From Octopus sinensis (lineage: Eukaryota), in the NCBI RefSeq assembly GCF_006345805.1, contig NC_043002.1:92256001-92320000 (forward strand): a stretch of DNA of 64,000 nt, given 5' to 3'. Below are positions 40,374 to 53,458 of the stretch, one piece after another. Position 1 is the stretch's first letter, and each line of letters starts with the position of its first letter. The notes under the pieces were generated by a model. That model was given only the letters and a program-made list of their open reading frames with translations, was not told where the DNA came from and did not search any database. Made by a program: the position numbers and the translations under genes.

Positions 40374-41391
40374 CCTGATTGCAAAGAATTTGGCTGTTAT
40401 TTCTTGCGGGTTAACTGACCGATAATGGTTTCCCCGTTTTATATTGTTTAGAACCAGCTCAAGTAAAATAGACATCAAAAACATTCTACCCGTGAACAGT
40501 GTCTCTTGTTCAAGCTCAGTGTACAAAGGACTTTACTGATATACTCTTTAGTTTTTAAAAAGAAAAGACAGAAAAAATTTAGTTGAGGAAGATTAGGCTT
40601 CTATTTCTAACAAGTTCAGCGACAAAGAAGACTGCATTGGTTCCATCATGGTTCTTCAGTTTGTTTGTTTTTTTTCACATTTAATCTGTATACACACCAC
40701 TTTGAGGATGTGTATGCTACCATAGTATTAGGTTAACAATAACTTTAAGAGACAAAGTTATGAGATAGAAACTGTGCTGGTTTCCGTCCCAATTGACTGG
40801 GCTGCTGCTCTTCTTAGACGACTGACTTAAATCGTAGTCCGGTTTAACAACACCTGGTCCTTGGGTTTTTAGAGGAATATATTCTGTTGAATTATTCGGA
40901 GCAAATTTCTAGTCTGTCCCCCCCACCACCACCACCACAACCACATTCTCAGTAACTAAGGTAATGTCCTTCTTACTCTAACTACCAAGTGAAAAATAAG
41001 AAAAGAAATACGTCGGCGTGGCTGTGGGGTTTGACGCATGCTTCCAAACGACATGGTTCCAGGGGTTCAGTTCTACTGCAGGCGCGTTGGACAAGTCTCT
41101 TCTACTGTAGTCTCAAGACGACCAAATCCTTGTGAGTGGGTTGGGTAAATGGAAACTGAGAGAAGCCGACGACCGAACTCCGTTCCGGCTGACAGGTCGT
41201 AAGTCGATTTCGTCGTATGTCGGATTTTATATTTTTCAACAACTATTTTGATTGAAACGCAACTGATGCTTGAAAGTGACTGAGTGAGCGACAGTAGCAG
41301 GCAGTGGATACTTGTGTCTGGGGGAGGCCTGCGTAGCCAGATGCTGCCATAGCTATCGTACGCGAGCTGCCCAACGTCCCCAAATCAAGTT

Positions 41392-41399
<8 letters not shown>

Positions 41400-41433
<34 letters not shown>

Positions 41434-41530
41434 TATATAGATAGATAGATAGATAGATACATACATACATACATACATACATACATACAACATACATACA
41501 CATACATATATATTATATATATATATATAT

Positions 41531-41579
<49 letters not shown>

Positions 41580-41586
41580 ATGTATA

Positions 41587-41651
<65 letters not shown>

Positions 41652-41661
41652 CTCTCTCTCT

Positions 41662-41724
<63 letters not shown>

Positions 41725-43470
41725 TATCATTTGATTGAACGCCACACATTCATTTCCAAATATATATTATAGTCGTCAACTAAACTTGACTAAGGGTGTG
41801 AATAACACCTACATTGCTACAAATAGGCGCTAAAATGCTGGAGCAAAGCTCCATTTACGGTGCTCCACCATGACCACAGTCTAATGACTTAAACAAGTAA
41901 AAGATAAAAAAAAGATCAACTGCTGATTTTAAAGGCTTTCCTGGGATTGAACATTTCAACGACGTCACTATAATGATATCTGGGTCCTTCCGTTTCTTAT
42001 AATGCTCTTTCCGTAGAGGCTTGATATTTTGTTAGGTAAGTGTATAGATTTCTTCTTCGAGATACACAGCCAAATATTTTATTTTCTATTCCAGAGTGTG
42101 ACTGATGCATGAATTTTGAAAATACCTCCTATATTGTCTGTCTACCATTTCCTCGATCCGTCGATGAATTTATCGTCATCGGTTGTTTTGCGATCCTACA
42201 AGATATCATCCGCACTTGGTGACCAAAAGTTTGGAGCATACTTTCGATATCAATTTGTAGCGGTGTTTCCTTATGAAAATTTAATACTGATGGCAGCAAT
42301 TGTGAATTCATTGTTGCTGATATATTTGGTCATAGTGAAATTGGCATACCTAGTAGAAATATGGTGAGTTGGTTAAGTCAACGAGAGAATTGGTGAGGTA
42401 GAAGATGTGTGCAGCAATATTAGATAATTCAGCACAACAATGGCTACCATAGTAGAAGATCAATAAAGCAGGTAATATTCCAACATCAAATTGCCAAATT
42501 TAAACCAGTTCAATAACATGGCGGATGCGTAATCGCTATAAGGCAAATACGCAGCGTTACACATACACGCCTGGGTGTATACCCATGTACCTCCACAACA
42601 GTGAACAAGAGCAATACCATTGAGCAAATAAAAGCGTCATCACCGAGTTGCTCAAACAGATAGAAATAAGAGACAAACCACCCTAAAAAAAATCAACCCC
42701 TATCATCGTATATATGTGGTGAGGGATGGATGTAATATATTTTTATCTTCATGCAATTCTTAGGGAGCGTCTTGAAGGGGGTTAGTAGAACTCGATCTCG
42801 CTATACATATTTTAAAAAATCTTGTGCTTATTCTATCTATTGACGATAAGTTACGGAGATAAGTTACAGTGTCATAAACAAACCAACATCAGTTATCAAA
42901 TGGGTATATGGGCAAACATGTACACACGCACACACACACACACGCACACACACATACACGCATACACACGCATACACACACAAGCACTCACACACATACA
43001 CGCACACACACGCACATACACAAATGCATACGCACACACGTACACACACACACGCACGTACACACACATGCACGACACCCACCCACACACATTCACACAC
43101 GAATACACACACACACACGACGCATATATACAGACGTACGCACATACACAACGCACACGCGCGCATGCACACTCACACACATACACGCATACACACACAC
43201 GCACACACAAACACCTTCACGCACGCACACACTTTCACATAATCATACATACACACTAAGGATTCCATATCAACTTTTATCTACCAAATTTACTCGCAAG
43301 CTCAGTTGTGAATGGTGTTGAGCTCACGGTTTCGATTTCTGGATCAGAGATATGCTTTCGATTCCTGGAACAGAGAGAGACGGACAGACAGACAGAGACA
43401 GAGACAGACAGACAAAGACAGACAGACAGACAGACATACAGACAGAGAGGAGGAGAGAAAGACTTCAACC
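41400..43470. repeat. (TA)n/(TATC)n block (41400-41725), (CA)n compound block (42920-43255) and (GACA)n (43375-43445)
   Basis: Direct reading. Confidence 0.9.
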
Positions 43471-43711
43471 AAGACGAAACAGCTTTAGTCCATCTAATCG
43501 AAAAATGTAATTATTGAGTAAGCACATCACAATAGGTTGTCGGTGCTATGAGCTTAAGGTTTCTGCGAAAGAAAACAAACATGAAGAATGGTCCTCAGAT
43601 GTTTACAGTAATCCCTCAACTATCGAAGGTGCTACGTTCCAAAACCCCGCGCGACAGGTGAAGTAGAAACAGTACTGAACAGTATATTTATTATTATTTT
43701 TATAATTTGTA

Positions 43712-45007
43712 TCAGGTTGAGTAAAAAGTAAGCAACGTTTAAAACCATGATGAATTTGTAGCGGATTTTTGCAGAGTTTTGAATTTTTTAAAACATTTCT
43801 TTTTTGCAATTGTCTGATAATGCAGACTTAGACTTGCCCAAAGGCATCAGTAATTTAACAAGGATATTTTTTTTCACCGTTGTTACAATCATCTGAAATG
43901 GAACTATCAAAGAGCGATACTCGAACAATTTTGCTATTCAACATCAAAAAAGGAAGTAAAGCAGCTTAAACTGTTCGTGACATCAACGAAACGTTTGGTG
44001 AGGAAATAACCAGTGAGTGGTCAGCTCGAAAATGGTTTAAACGATTTCGCAGTGGAGACCTGAGTCTTGAAGATCGTGAGCATAGTGGACGCCCATCTGT
44101 CATCGATGACCGTCAATTACAGATCGTCATTGAAAAAGATCTACGTAAAACCAACCAAGAACTGGCAAAAGAACTTCAAGTTAGCAAAAAAAAAAACCGC
44201 CTGCAACCATTTGCATACCATCGGAAAATCAAAAAAGCTCAACAAATGGGTACCACACGATTTGAATGAAAATCCGAAAATGCGCAGATATGAAATTTGC
44301 TTGTCACTCTTTCTCCGTAACCAGACCGATCCATTTCTCGATTGCATTGTAACTCGCGACAAAAAGTAGATTCTGTACAATAATAAAAAGCGTTCCTCGC
44401 AGTGCTTGGACCAAATTGAAGTACCGAAAACCTTCCCTAAACCCAAGCTCTTCAAAAAGAAGGTTATGGTGACTGTTTGGTAATGTACTGCTGGACTCAT
44501 CCACTACAACTTCTTAAAATCCGAGAAAACCATTACTGCAGAAACATATTGCTATAGAATTACCAAAATGAACGAAAAGCTTTTGCCCCTTCCGCCCCAG
44601 ACTGGTCAACAGAAGAATTCCAATCATTCTTCCTAACAATGCTCGACAACACCTTTCACTAATAACGCTCCAGAGGTTGAGGGAACTTGGCTATGAAGTT
44701 CTTCCATACCCCGTTTATTTCCCAGACCTTTCTCCTACCGACTACCACTTTTCCAAGCACTTCGAGGTTTTCCTGCAAGATAAGGACTTCAAAAATATAA
44801 CCGATGCTGAAAGTGCGTTCAAAGAGTTCATCAAGCTCCAGAACTCAAGATTTTTTATATTACCGGAATAAATAAACTTGTAACACGTTGGCAAAAATGT
44901 GCTGATTGTAATGGTACTTATTTTGATAAATATAATATCCGCATTGTTGAAATATATTGTGATGAATTTCATGTTTCAAAACGTTGCTTACTTTTTAATC
45001 AACCTGA
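43712..45007 (+). mobile_element. Full-length (1296 bp) mariner transposon; transposase (ATG 43898) inactivated
   Basis: TIRs tcaggttgagtaaaaagtaagcaacgttt / aaacgttgcttactttttaatcaacctga (1 mismatch) and TA TSD on both sides. Motifs WVPHDL, IVTRDKK*ILYNN and YFPDLSPTDYH, with stops and frameshifts. Confidence 0.95.
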
Positions 45008-45620
45008 TATTATTTATTTTACTATACATGCAAAGCAACACAACACACTTGCTCCCCGAGTTTCATTTTCCATACAGTATATGCGATTCGTTGTTTACTA
45101 ATCTACGGTACACTACGTATTTTCTTTTCATATTTTTTAATTAATGTGTTATACATTGCAGTACTGTACTGCATTTTTATTTATCAATTTATTGATTTTT
45201 AGGCGCGAAAATGCTTATTTTACTACAGAAATAATTAAGATCTAAAAGAATATAAATACCTATCGGCAACAGAATATCTGCGATATACTGAGGAGTCCGC
45301 GATATAAATTTACATACATTAGCCCGAAAAATACGCGATGTACCGAGGGCATGATAGGTGAACCACGATACGGCGTGGGATTACTGTACTATGATTGGAA
45401 ATTATGGAGGATTTTTCACAATTCACCCTGCAGGCTATCCAGGTCATTTTTGGTTCGTTGCTCGCTGTTCAACGAAGGACAGTAATCATCCGGTTTCATT
45501 ATTACTCTTTTACTTGTTTCAGTCATTTGAGTATGACCATGCTGGAGCACCTATATATATATATATATGAAAAAATAAGTCAAAATAGAAAATGCTAAAA
45601 TAATTTTATAAAGAACATTT

Positions 45621-45658
45621 CAGTACCGGTTTCAGTCATTTTGAGACCTTTTCAACTG
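45621..45658 (-). ncRNA. Type I hammerhead motif, variant U3/A8 core
   Basis: Minus strand cag-TTGAAAA-ggtc-tcaaaat-gact-GAAA-ccgg-TA|ctg, with palindromic stem III ACCGGT, inside a (TA)n-flanked element (~45570-45780). Confidence 0.5.
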
Positions 45659-45784
45659 TAACGATTGAATAATTAAATTTAGAAAAATTAAAAGAAATAT
45701 TTTTTTAAAGGAATATTTGTATAGTGTTCAAATATAAGTGGCATTTTCCTTGTTTCTGCCTTGCTCTGTCTCTCTTGAGACATA

Positions 45785-45817
<33 letters not shown>

Positions 45818-45819
45818 GT

Positions 45820-45880
<61 letters not shown>

Positions 45881-45888
<8 letters not shown>

Positions 45889-46232
45889 ATCTGTGACAAT
45901 TATTCAATAGCCAAGATAAAACTCTGAGTTTCTGATGCCGAGGTGGAAATCCACAACACCATCTCTTCGGTTATCTGGCCATCTGAAAAACGCTATGAAA
46001 AAAGACCTTTATACAAATTCTCTTTGTATAACGGTCTTTTTTCATAGCGTTTTTCAGATGGCCAGATAACCGAAGAGATGGTGTTGTGGATTTCCACCTC
46101 GGCATCAGAAACTCGGAATTTTATCTTGGCTATTGAATAATTGTCACATATTATTTTACAGATAAATTTCCTCTATTTACATAATATTGAGATCTCTTTC
46201 TTTCTTTTGTTATCTTACCGTTTTTACCAATA
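45881..46232. mobile_element. Fold-back pLTR-like element: 137-bp inverted arms (45881-46017 / 46023-46159) plus a ~70-bp unpaired tail
   Basis: Arms checked by eye, ~4 mismatches, loop ttctc; flanked by (GT)n and (TA)n. A diverged relative lies at ~58970-59120. Confidence 0.85.
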
Positions 46233-46619
46233 TATATATATATATATAAATATAGCAGGACTCGGAAACGACAGAAGAACAGAGTAGTGACTTTATCAGA
46301 GAAGTATCAAATATCTGAGAAAGGTATGTACATTAGATACGTGTGCGTATGTGTATGCATGTATGTATATATGTGTGTGCATTTATGTATATACACATGC
46401 GGGCGCGCCTGTGTGTGTGTGAGTGTGCATGTGTGTGCGCGTATATATGTTTAGCATCGATGTAGGGGTTGGCTGAGGTGTGCCTAGTTTTATGACCGAA
46501 ATTTAGAGCATTCTAAAAGGCGTTGCCACGAAATACTTCACATGGGTGTGCGCGGTTTGAACGTAATGAAATCAAACGTCAAGAACAAACCTAAATTACA
46601 AAAAGTAGAACGTCTTCTT

Positions 46620-46644
46620 ACATGTATATACATACATACATACA

Positions 46645-46694
<50 letters not shown>

Positions 46695-47000
46695 TATATG
46701 CATATATATATATATATATACGTACATATATATATATGCATACATACATATATATATATATAGATATATAGATATAGATATATATATAGATAGATATATA
46801 TATATATAAATATATATAAATATATAGATATATAATATAGAATATATGTATATATGTGTGCGGTGTGTGTGTGTGTGTTTGTGTACACAGAAAGAGGAGT
46901 AGAGAGACAAAGGGAAATACATATTTCTACATCCATCCATACACACACATATTATATATACACATCTATGTGCACGTGCATCTGTGTGCCACTATGTATG

Positions 47001-47061
<61 letters not shown>

Positions 47062-47220
47062 TATATATTATATATATGCATGCATGTACGTACGTATTGA
47101 GTTTTGGTGGAAAAAGCGGTAAAAAAGCACTCAATAAGTGAGTATACATACACACACACACACATACCCACACCACACAAACACATGCATACACACACAC
47201 ACATACATATATATATATTA
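46620..47220. repeat. (TA)n/(CA)n microsatellite block
   Basis: Direct reading. Confidence 0.95.
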
Positions 47221-48217
47221 ATTATCAGAAAAGTTTAAAAAAGTGACTCGTGTGCCAAGAGTTTCGTTTATGGTATTCTTGTCATACTCAAAAATTTTAC
47301 CTCTTCAGTCACTCTTGTAATTTTTCTGCCGATATATACTTGCAGAAACACGCACACATGCATGCACACACACACGCACACACACACGCACACACACACA
47401 TGTATGTATATAAAGTGCAGTTTCATATGTGTAATGTAGTCTTCGCGGTGTAAGAGTTTTACGTACACAATACAATGAATAGCAAAGATTCGAGTGAGTT
47501 TATCCTTGCAATTAGTTGACAAAACCCCGCCAGCACGTTTCCAAATTCTATATAAGCAAACAACGGAGATCATTCAAAGAAAATCCTGAGAAAATAAGTA
47601 CAGAACAGTTTAGGTGTTGGTAAATACATTCATAGTAAACGTTACTATTTTCCCTTTATTTCTTAATCATTTTAAAACCAAACCAACTTCGCTGTTGTGC
47701 TGTAACGGGAACGAAACATGTACTTTACCGAGAAGTATTGTTTATTGCCACCTAAACATTGGTAGACACTGCTTTCGTCTCTTATAGAGATTTTGGATCT
47801 TTTTGGTTAAATGACTGAAATAAGTAAAAGATAAAAGATAAATAATTCATCTCTACGTGACTATGATAGGACCTGAAGATTAACTAATATGTGTTACAAG
47901 TCGAGTTATGTAACAAACATTGTGTTAGCTATGAAACTTTTGTTTGTCTTTATTTACCTTTTCCATTCCTTCCATTCTCGAATTTTTATTCACAAACCCT
48001 ATCTAGGGCGTTCCCGTTAGCCCTTCTGGAGATAGCCAGGGCGTCATCTCTCTGCAGAGACCAAAGAGGAATGAAGGGAATTTCTTCTTTATGGTATTCA
48101 TGATATACAGGTCGTAGGCACTAATGTTGAGGTTGATAATGATAGCAGTAATAACAGCAACAGCAACCACTATAGCGCCGACAACTGCTCAAACATCGAC
48201 GATGGTTATAGTAGCGT

Positions 48218-48595
48218 GGATGGAAGCACTCCGTCGGTTACGACGACGAGGTTCCGGTTGATCCGAATCAACGGAACAGCCTGCTCGTGAAATTAACGTG
48301 TAATGGGCTGAGCACTCCCAGACACGTGTACCCTAACGTAGTTCTCGGAGATATTCAGCGTGACACAGAGAGTGACAAGGCCGCCCTTTGAAATACAGGT
48401 ACAACAGAACCAGGAAGTAGAGTGAGAGAAGTTGTGGTGAAAGAGTACAGCAGGGATCACCACCATCCCCTGCCGGAGCCTCATGGAGCTTTAGGTGTTT
48501 TCGCTCAATAAACACTCACAACGCTCGGTCTGGGAATCTAAACCGCGATCCTATGACCGCGAGTCCGCTGCCCTAACCACTGGGCCATTGCGCCT
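48218..48595 (-). mobile_element. SINE family C (C head plus T tail), full length
   Basis: Reverse complement of 30728-31082 without its internal deletion. Confidence 0.9.
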
Positions 48596-48767
48596 CCACG
48601 GTTATAGTAGCACCAACGAAGAGACCAACAATGACAACAACAACAGCGTCAACACCAACTTAGCCATAGATGATGTCCCCTAAACCAGTATTAACGACGC
48701 CAACACCAGCACCAACAACAACAGAAGTAACAGCGTCGACAACAACAACAGAAACAGCAGTGTTTGG

Positions 48768-49310
48768 AAATGCATCGGGTGTTCGGGAAACACCTTTAAA
48801 GAGTACTTCTCCAGCCACAAATCCTCCTTTAGGATCCCGGAAAGACCTTATGACACGTTCTTGGCCAGCCACGCCTGGTGCCTGAACAACGAAAGGACTC
48901 CACATTATCACAAGGAAAATTCTAGAAAAGCCAGGTTCCTATATCAATGAGAGCAAACGTTGCAAGCTGTTACATAGCGGAACAGGCAAGGATAGTAAAG
49001 AACCCCCCTGACCCGGGGAACATCCTAAATTCCAGGACAGAAATCTTCGGATCTTCTTCATAATTCAGATGGTTCCCACTGAAATCCTGGGACCCGTATG
49101 CTGACAGGGTGGATTTTGGATAGTGGTCTAGGGAAGACAATTCCTTACGCTTGACCTTTGTGTTCGAAAACTTGCCCCGAAGCCTTTTCTCCTTCCAATT
49201 GGAAAAGAGGTTATAAGCCACTGGCCATTATAGTCTGACGAGAAGGATGTAAAGCTAAGCTCTTTATGGAGGCGAGAGCCTGGGTAACCCTATGAACTGG
49301 CCATTACTAA
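48768..49310 (+). mobile_element. Penelope-like element remnant: GIY-YIG endonuclease C-terminal half plus 3' region
   Basis: KCIGCSGNTFKEYFSSHKSSFR...TFLASHAWCL, then (frameshift) ITRKILEKPGSYINESKRCKL, then (frameshift) IAEQARI...NILNSRTEIFG. This matches the Penelope YIG..TFK.R..H / KRC.LC..E / LN.R.E pattern. Confidence 0.75.
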
Positions 49311-49359
49311 CATTCACGCTCTCTCTCTCTCTCTCTATCTCTTTCTCTCTCTCTCTCTC

Positions 49360-49390
<31 letters not shown>

Positions 49391-49398
49391 TAATCATC

Positions 49399-49631
49399 TT
49401 TTTACTTGTTTCAGTCATTAGATTGCGGCCATGCTGGGGCACCGCCTTGACATTTTAGTCAAATGAATCCACGCTTTATTTGAAGCTTGGTACATATTCC
49501 ATCGGTCTCTTTTACCGAACCGTTAAGTTACGAAGACGGAAACGCTCCAATACCAATTGTCAAGCGGTGGTGGTGGAACAAACATGACACAAAGACACGC
49601 CACACACATAGATATTATACATATATACACC

Positions 49632-49676
<45 letters not shown>

Positions 49677-49928
49677 ATATATAATATATATATATATATA
49701 CATATATATATAATATATATATATACATGCATATATACATACATACAGGAATACATACATATACATATATATAATATATATACGATGGGGTCTCTTCAGT
49801 TCCATATATCAAAGCACTCACAAAGCTTTAGTTGACCCGAGACTATAGTAGAAGTCAGGTGCCACAGAGTGGGTCTGAAACCGAAACCATGTGGTTGGGA
49901 AACATGCTTCTTACCACAAAACCACGCC
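49399..49928 (-). mobile_element. SINE family A-like, diverged full length
   Basis: Tail, (TA)n and head in order. Confidence 0.8.
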
Positions 49929-50102
49929 TATATCTGAATATGTACCCCCGGTATATGCACATACGTACGTGTGTATATTACGCAACTGCCTATTTACTCC
50001 TCAGCTCTCTCTCACTCTGTATAATATATATTACGTATATATATTATATATACATATAGATTATATAAACATATATAATATATATATATATATATTAATA
50101 AA

Positions 50103-50340
50103 TAAAACATATGCATATATATATGCATATATGTACTACCTACCTCTACATGTATATATACACGCATATATGAGTACAGGACACCAAAAAAACGTCGAAC
50201 ACAATGAGAAACGAAAACATAGACACAAACACAAGGAATCGGACATTTTTCTTAAACAACAAAAAAATAGAGTACAGGACAAATAACACAAGGAAAAAAA
50301 CCCTTCTTCAGTCGCCATGGTTTCATCTACTCTACGTATC
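50103..50340 (-). mobile_element. (TA)n-associated pLTR-like element; first ~115 bp shared with 28518-28632
   Basis: aaaacatatgcata...gtacaggacaccaaaaaacgtcgaacacaatgagaaacgaaa occurs at both sites; a related piece lies at 29983-30100. Confidence 0.55.
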
Positions 50341-50346
50341 GAAAGG

Positions 50347-50486
50347 TGCAGGAGTGGCTGTGTGGTAAGTAGCTTGCTTACCAACCACATGGTTCCGGAT
50401 TCACTACCACTGCGTGGCACCTTGGGTATCTGTCTTCTACCATAGCCTAGTGGATTTGGTAGACGGAAACTGAAAGAAGCTCGTCG

Positions 50487-50538
<52 letters not shown>

Positions 50539-50755
50539 TGTGTGTGTATGTTTATGTGTCTGTGTTTGTCCCTCCAACACCGCTTGACAGCCGATGGTGG
50601 TCTGTTTACCTTCCCGTAACCTAGCGGTTCGGCAAAAAAGCCGATAGAATAAGTACTAGGCTTCTAAAGAATAAGTCCTGGGGCCGATTTGCTCAACTAA
50701 AGGTGGTGCTCCAGCATGACCGCAGTCAAATGACTGAAACAAGCAAGTGAGTAAA
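50347..50755 (+). mobile_element. SINE family A, full length
   Basis: Head, internal microsatellite and tail as in the other copies. Confidence 0.9.
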
Positions 50756-51194
50756 AGGGTGAAAGTTATATATATATATATATATATACACACGTATACA
50801 TACATGCATGCATACATATATACATATATGTATATATGTACGCATGCGCATATACAAGTGTGTGTATGTGTATGTGTGTGTGTATATATATATATATACA
50901 TATATATGTATATGTATATATGTATGCATGCATGTATGTATACGTGTGTGTTGTATATATATTATATATATATATATAGTATATATATATATAGTATATA
51001 TATATATATATATATATATAGTATATATATACATATATATATAATCTTTCACTATATATATATTATATATATATATATAGAGAGAGAGAGGAGAGAGAGA
51101 GGAGAAAGAGAGAGAGAGACGCTGAGATATAAACACGTAATATTACGTGCAGATGAGGTCTGTAAGCTTACTTACTTGTGTGTAAATGTGTGTT

Positions 51195-51229
<35 letters not shown>

Positions 51230-51329
51230 CAAAGAGAGAGAGAGAGAGCTTATTTGCTGGTGTGTCCTTAAACTCAAGTAATTAACTGTGACATCGTGCC
51301 AGCCATACTAAATGAGCAACATGTCCATG

Positions 51330-51540
51330 TCTGCTGACATTCAAAACTTCATGTTCACGACGAAGTCAATGATATTTAATACTTGTTCAAATACTTGACC
51401 ACTTCACTGGAAGCTCAGGAAGTTAAGATTTGCTGGGTTTTTAGTGGTCGGAATCTTGTTGAAATATTCTCTGGCCAAGTTTAGCCACTTTGGGAATATG
51501 TGAGCAGAATTTTGTTGAACGGTTATCCAGTCTTTCAACA
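51330..51540 (-). mobile_element. Possible hAT transposase dimerisation-domain relic
   Basis: The minus strand reads DWITVQQNSAHIFPKWLNLAREYFNKIPTT...ASSE, resembling W......FP.L..LA..Y..IPATSASSE. Confidence 0.3.
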
Positions 51541-51893
51541 CTTTGCTTCAAAATAAGGAAATATAATTAATGTTAATAAAACCAGACAATGCCCAGATCG
51601 GACTTCATTTTCGTGTCGTAGATAGAAGAAAATGTGGAATTTGGTGTGCATTGTTATAGTTGTTGCATTAATTTCAATCATTGAGATGTGGCTTTGTTTT
51701 AAAGTAGTGTCTTGATGATTTGCTTGATCTGATAGGAATAACAAGCAAATCTTACTCAAATCATCCACCATCGTTTGAAAAAATTGTACACGCTGGTTAA
51801 GATTCAATGATTATAATAAGCAAAGGTGAGATGGTCACAGTTTATCTTTTTTCTTGTATCGCAATTGTTTACACACACACGCAAGCATGCACA

Positions 51894-51925
<32 letters not shown>

Positions 51926-51937
51926 GCGTATATATTT

Positions 51938-51962
<25 letters not shown>

Positions 51963-51968
<6 letters not shown>

Positions 51969-52375
51969 ATATTAATTCGAGACAAACCACTATTTTGCAA
52001 AACAAACAAGGAAAGACTTAATCAATACATAAAAATTTTAATATAAAGAAATAAACCGCCACTACAATCGTTTCATGTCTTCAATGACATTCGTCAGGGG
52101 GATTTTCGATCTCCTAATCTGTTTTAATTATGACTTCATAAATTAAAACAGATTAGGAGATCGAAAATCCACCTGACGAATGTCATTGAAGACATGAAAC
52201 GATTGTAGTGGCGGTTAATATTAAAAATTTTATGTATTGATTAAGTCTTTCCTTGTTGTTTTGCAAAATAGTGGTTTTGTCTCGAATTAATATTATATAA
52301 TATTTTACTATAAAATTGGGTTTAATCCTAAATCTGATTTTTTCCCTGTAAATTTGGATTTATTCCCTAATATTT
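51963..52375. mobile_element. Fold-back pLTR-like element: ~165-170-bp inverted arms (51963-52133 / 52136-52299) plus tail
   Basis: Near-perfect arms with one 10-nt indel and a 2-nt centre; (TA)n on both sides. The tail resembles 32345-32415. Confidence 0.88.
52169..52211 (+). ncRNA. Type I hammerhead ribozyme, canonical core (mirror copy on the - strand at 52059-52101)
   Basis: ccac-CTGACGA-atgtc-attgaa-gacat-GAAA-c-gatt-g-TA|gtgg; all three stems pair. Confidence 0.8.
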
Positions 52376-52380
52376 ATTAT

Positions 52381-52421
<41 letters not shown>

Positions 52422-52639
52422 TATATATATATATATATAATATATATATATATATATAGAATATATATATATTATATATACATATATACATATATATATA
52501 TATACATATATACATTAAACAAAACTTACAAATCTGCATGTACACATACATACATACATACATACATACATACATACATACATACATACTACATACATAC
52601 ATCCATACATACATACATACATACATACATACGTTACAT

Positions 52640-52840
52640 ACATTTATAGGGAGAGTTTACGAAAAAAACAAAAGACGAAGACAGGTGGTGTACAAAAAAA
52701 AAACAGATGTATTAGTATAACGCTCAGGAATAGAAAAAGTCTTTTACGTTTCGAGCCTACTCTCTTCTATAGAAAGGGACACAGAAAAAAAACAAGGAGA
52801 GAAACAAGGAGAGAGAAAAAATGTGTGTAGTGGCTAACGA
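52640..52840 (-). mobile_element. pLTR-like element (same family as 10000-10200), hammerhead core decayed
   Basis: cttttacgtttcgagcctactctcttctatagaaag; flanked by ~45-bp imperfect direct repeats (~52508 and ~52850). Confidence 0.6.
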
Positions 52841-52924
52841 TCTATCATACATATATACATAAAACAAAACATACAAATCTGCATGTACACATACATATAT
52901 ACATACATGCATACATACATACAT

Positions 52925-52955
<31 letters not shown>

Positions 52956-53038
52956 TATATACATACATACATACATAAATACATGTAGAAGGACGCGGAT
53001 TAGGGCATCGGGAGTAACATTCATGATCTAGAAAAACG

Positions 53039-53458
53039 GGATCTTTTCGGTTTGAACGGCAGTTTTTAACATAATTTCTAGGTAACTATAAAGTTTTAAA
53101 CTTCATATACTGGTAGAATGTGTTTATAAAACATCTTTCTCTCTTGGCTTTATTGAGAAAATTCTATAGTTTGTAAGATATTTGTTGCTTTTTTCTTCAA
53201 TTTCTGCAATTTCAACCAATCACTGACGTCTACTGAGGTAAAAAAAAACATTCTGTGCCGTATGAATATGTCCCTCGTTTAAGAAACAGATTGGGTTTAT
53301 TTACATTTTTGAAGAAAAAAAAGATACCCTTCCCCTCACCCCTAACCCTAACCCTAAAACAGATTGAAATGCAATAGATCGATACTAGGGTTATTATTAT
53401 GGGTGACAATTTCATATGACACCGCTAGAAAAAACTGCCCTTCAAACCGAAAAGATCC
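53039..53458. mobile_element. MITE (420 bp) with 29-bp TIRs and 8-bp TSD; superfamily uncertain (Merlin/hAT/P-like TSD length)
   Basis: ggatcttttcggtttgaacggcagttttt / aaaaactgcccttcaaaccgaaaagatcc (1 mismatch); TSD gaaaaacg at 53031-53038 and 53459-53466. Confidence 0.9.

Noticed and set aside
48670-48885. Mucin-like Thr/Pro-rich ORF
   Set aside because: The first half is decayed (ACA/AAC)n and the second half is an off-frame reading of the Penelope endonuclease.
53340-53357. Interstitial telomere or chromosome fusion site
   Set aside because: Only three hexamers, and they lie inside a MITE.
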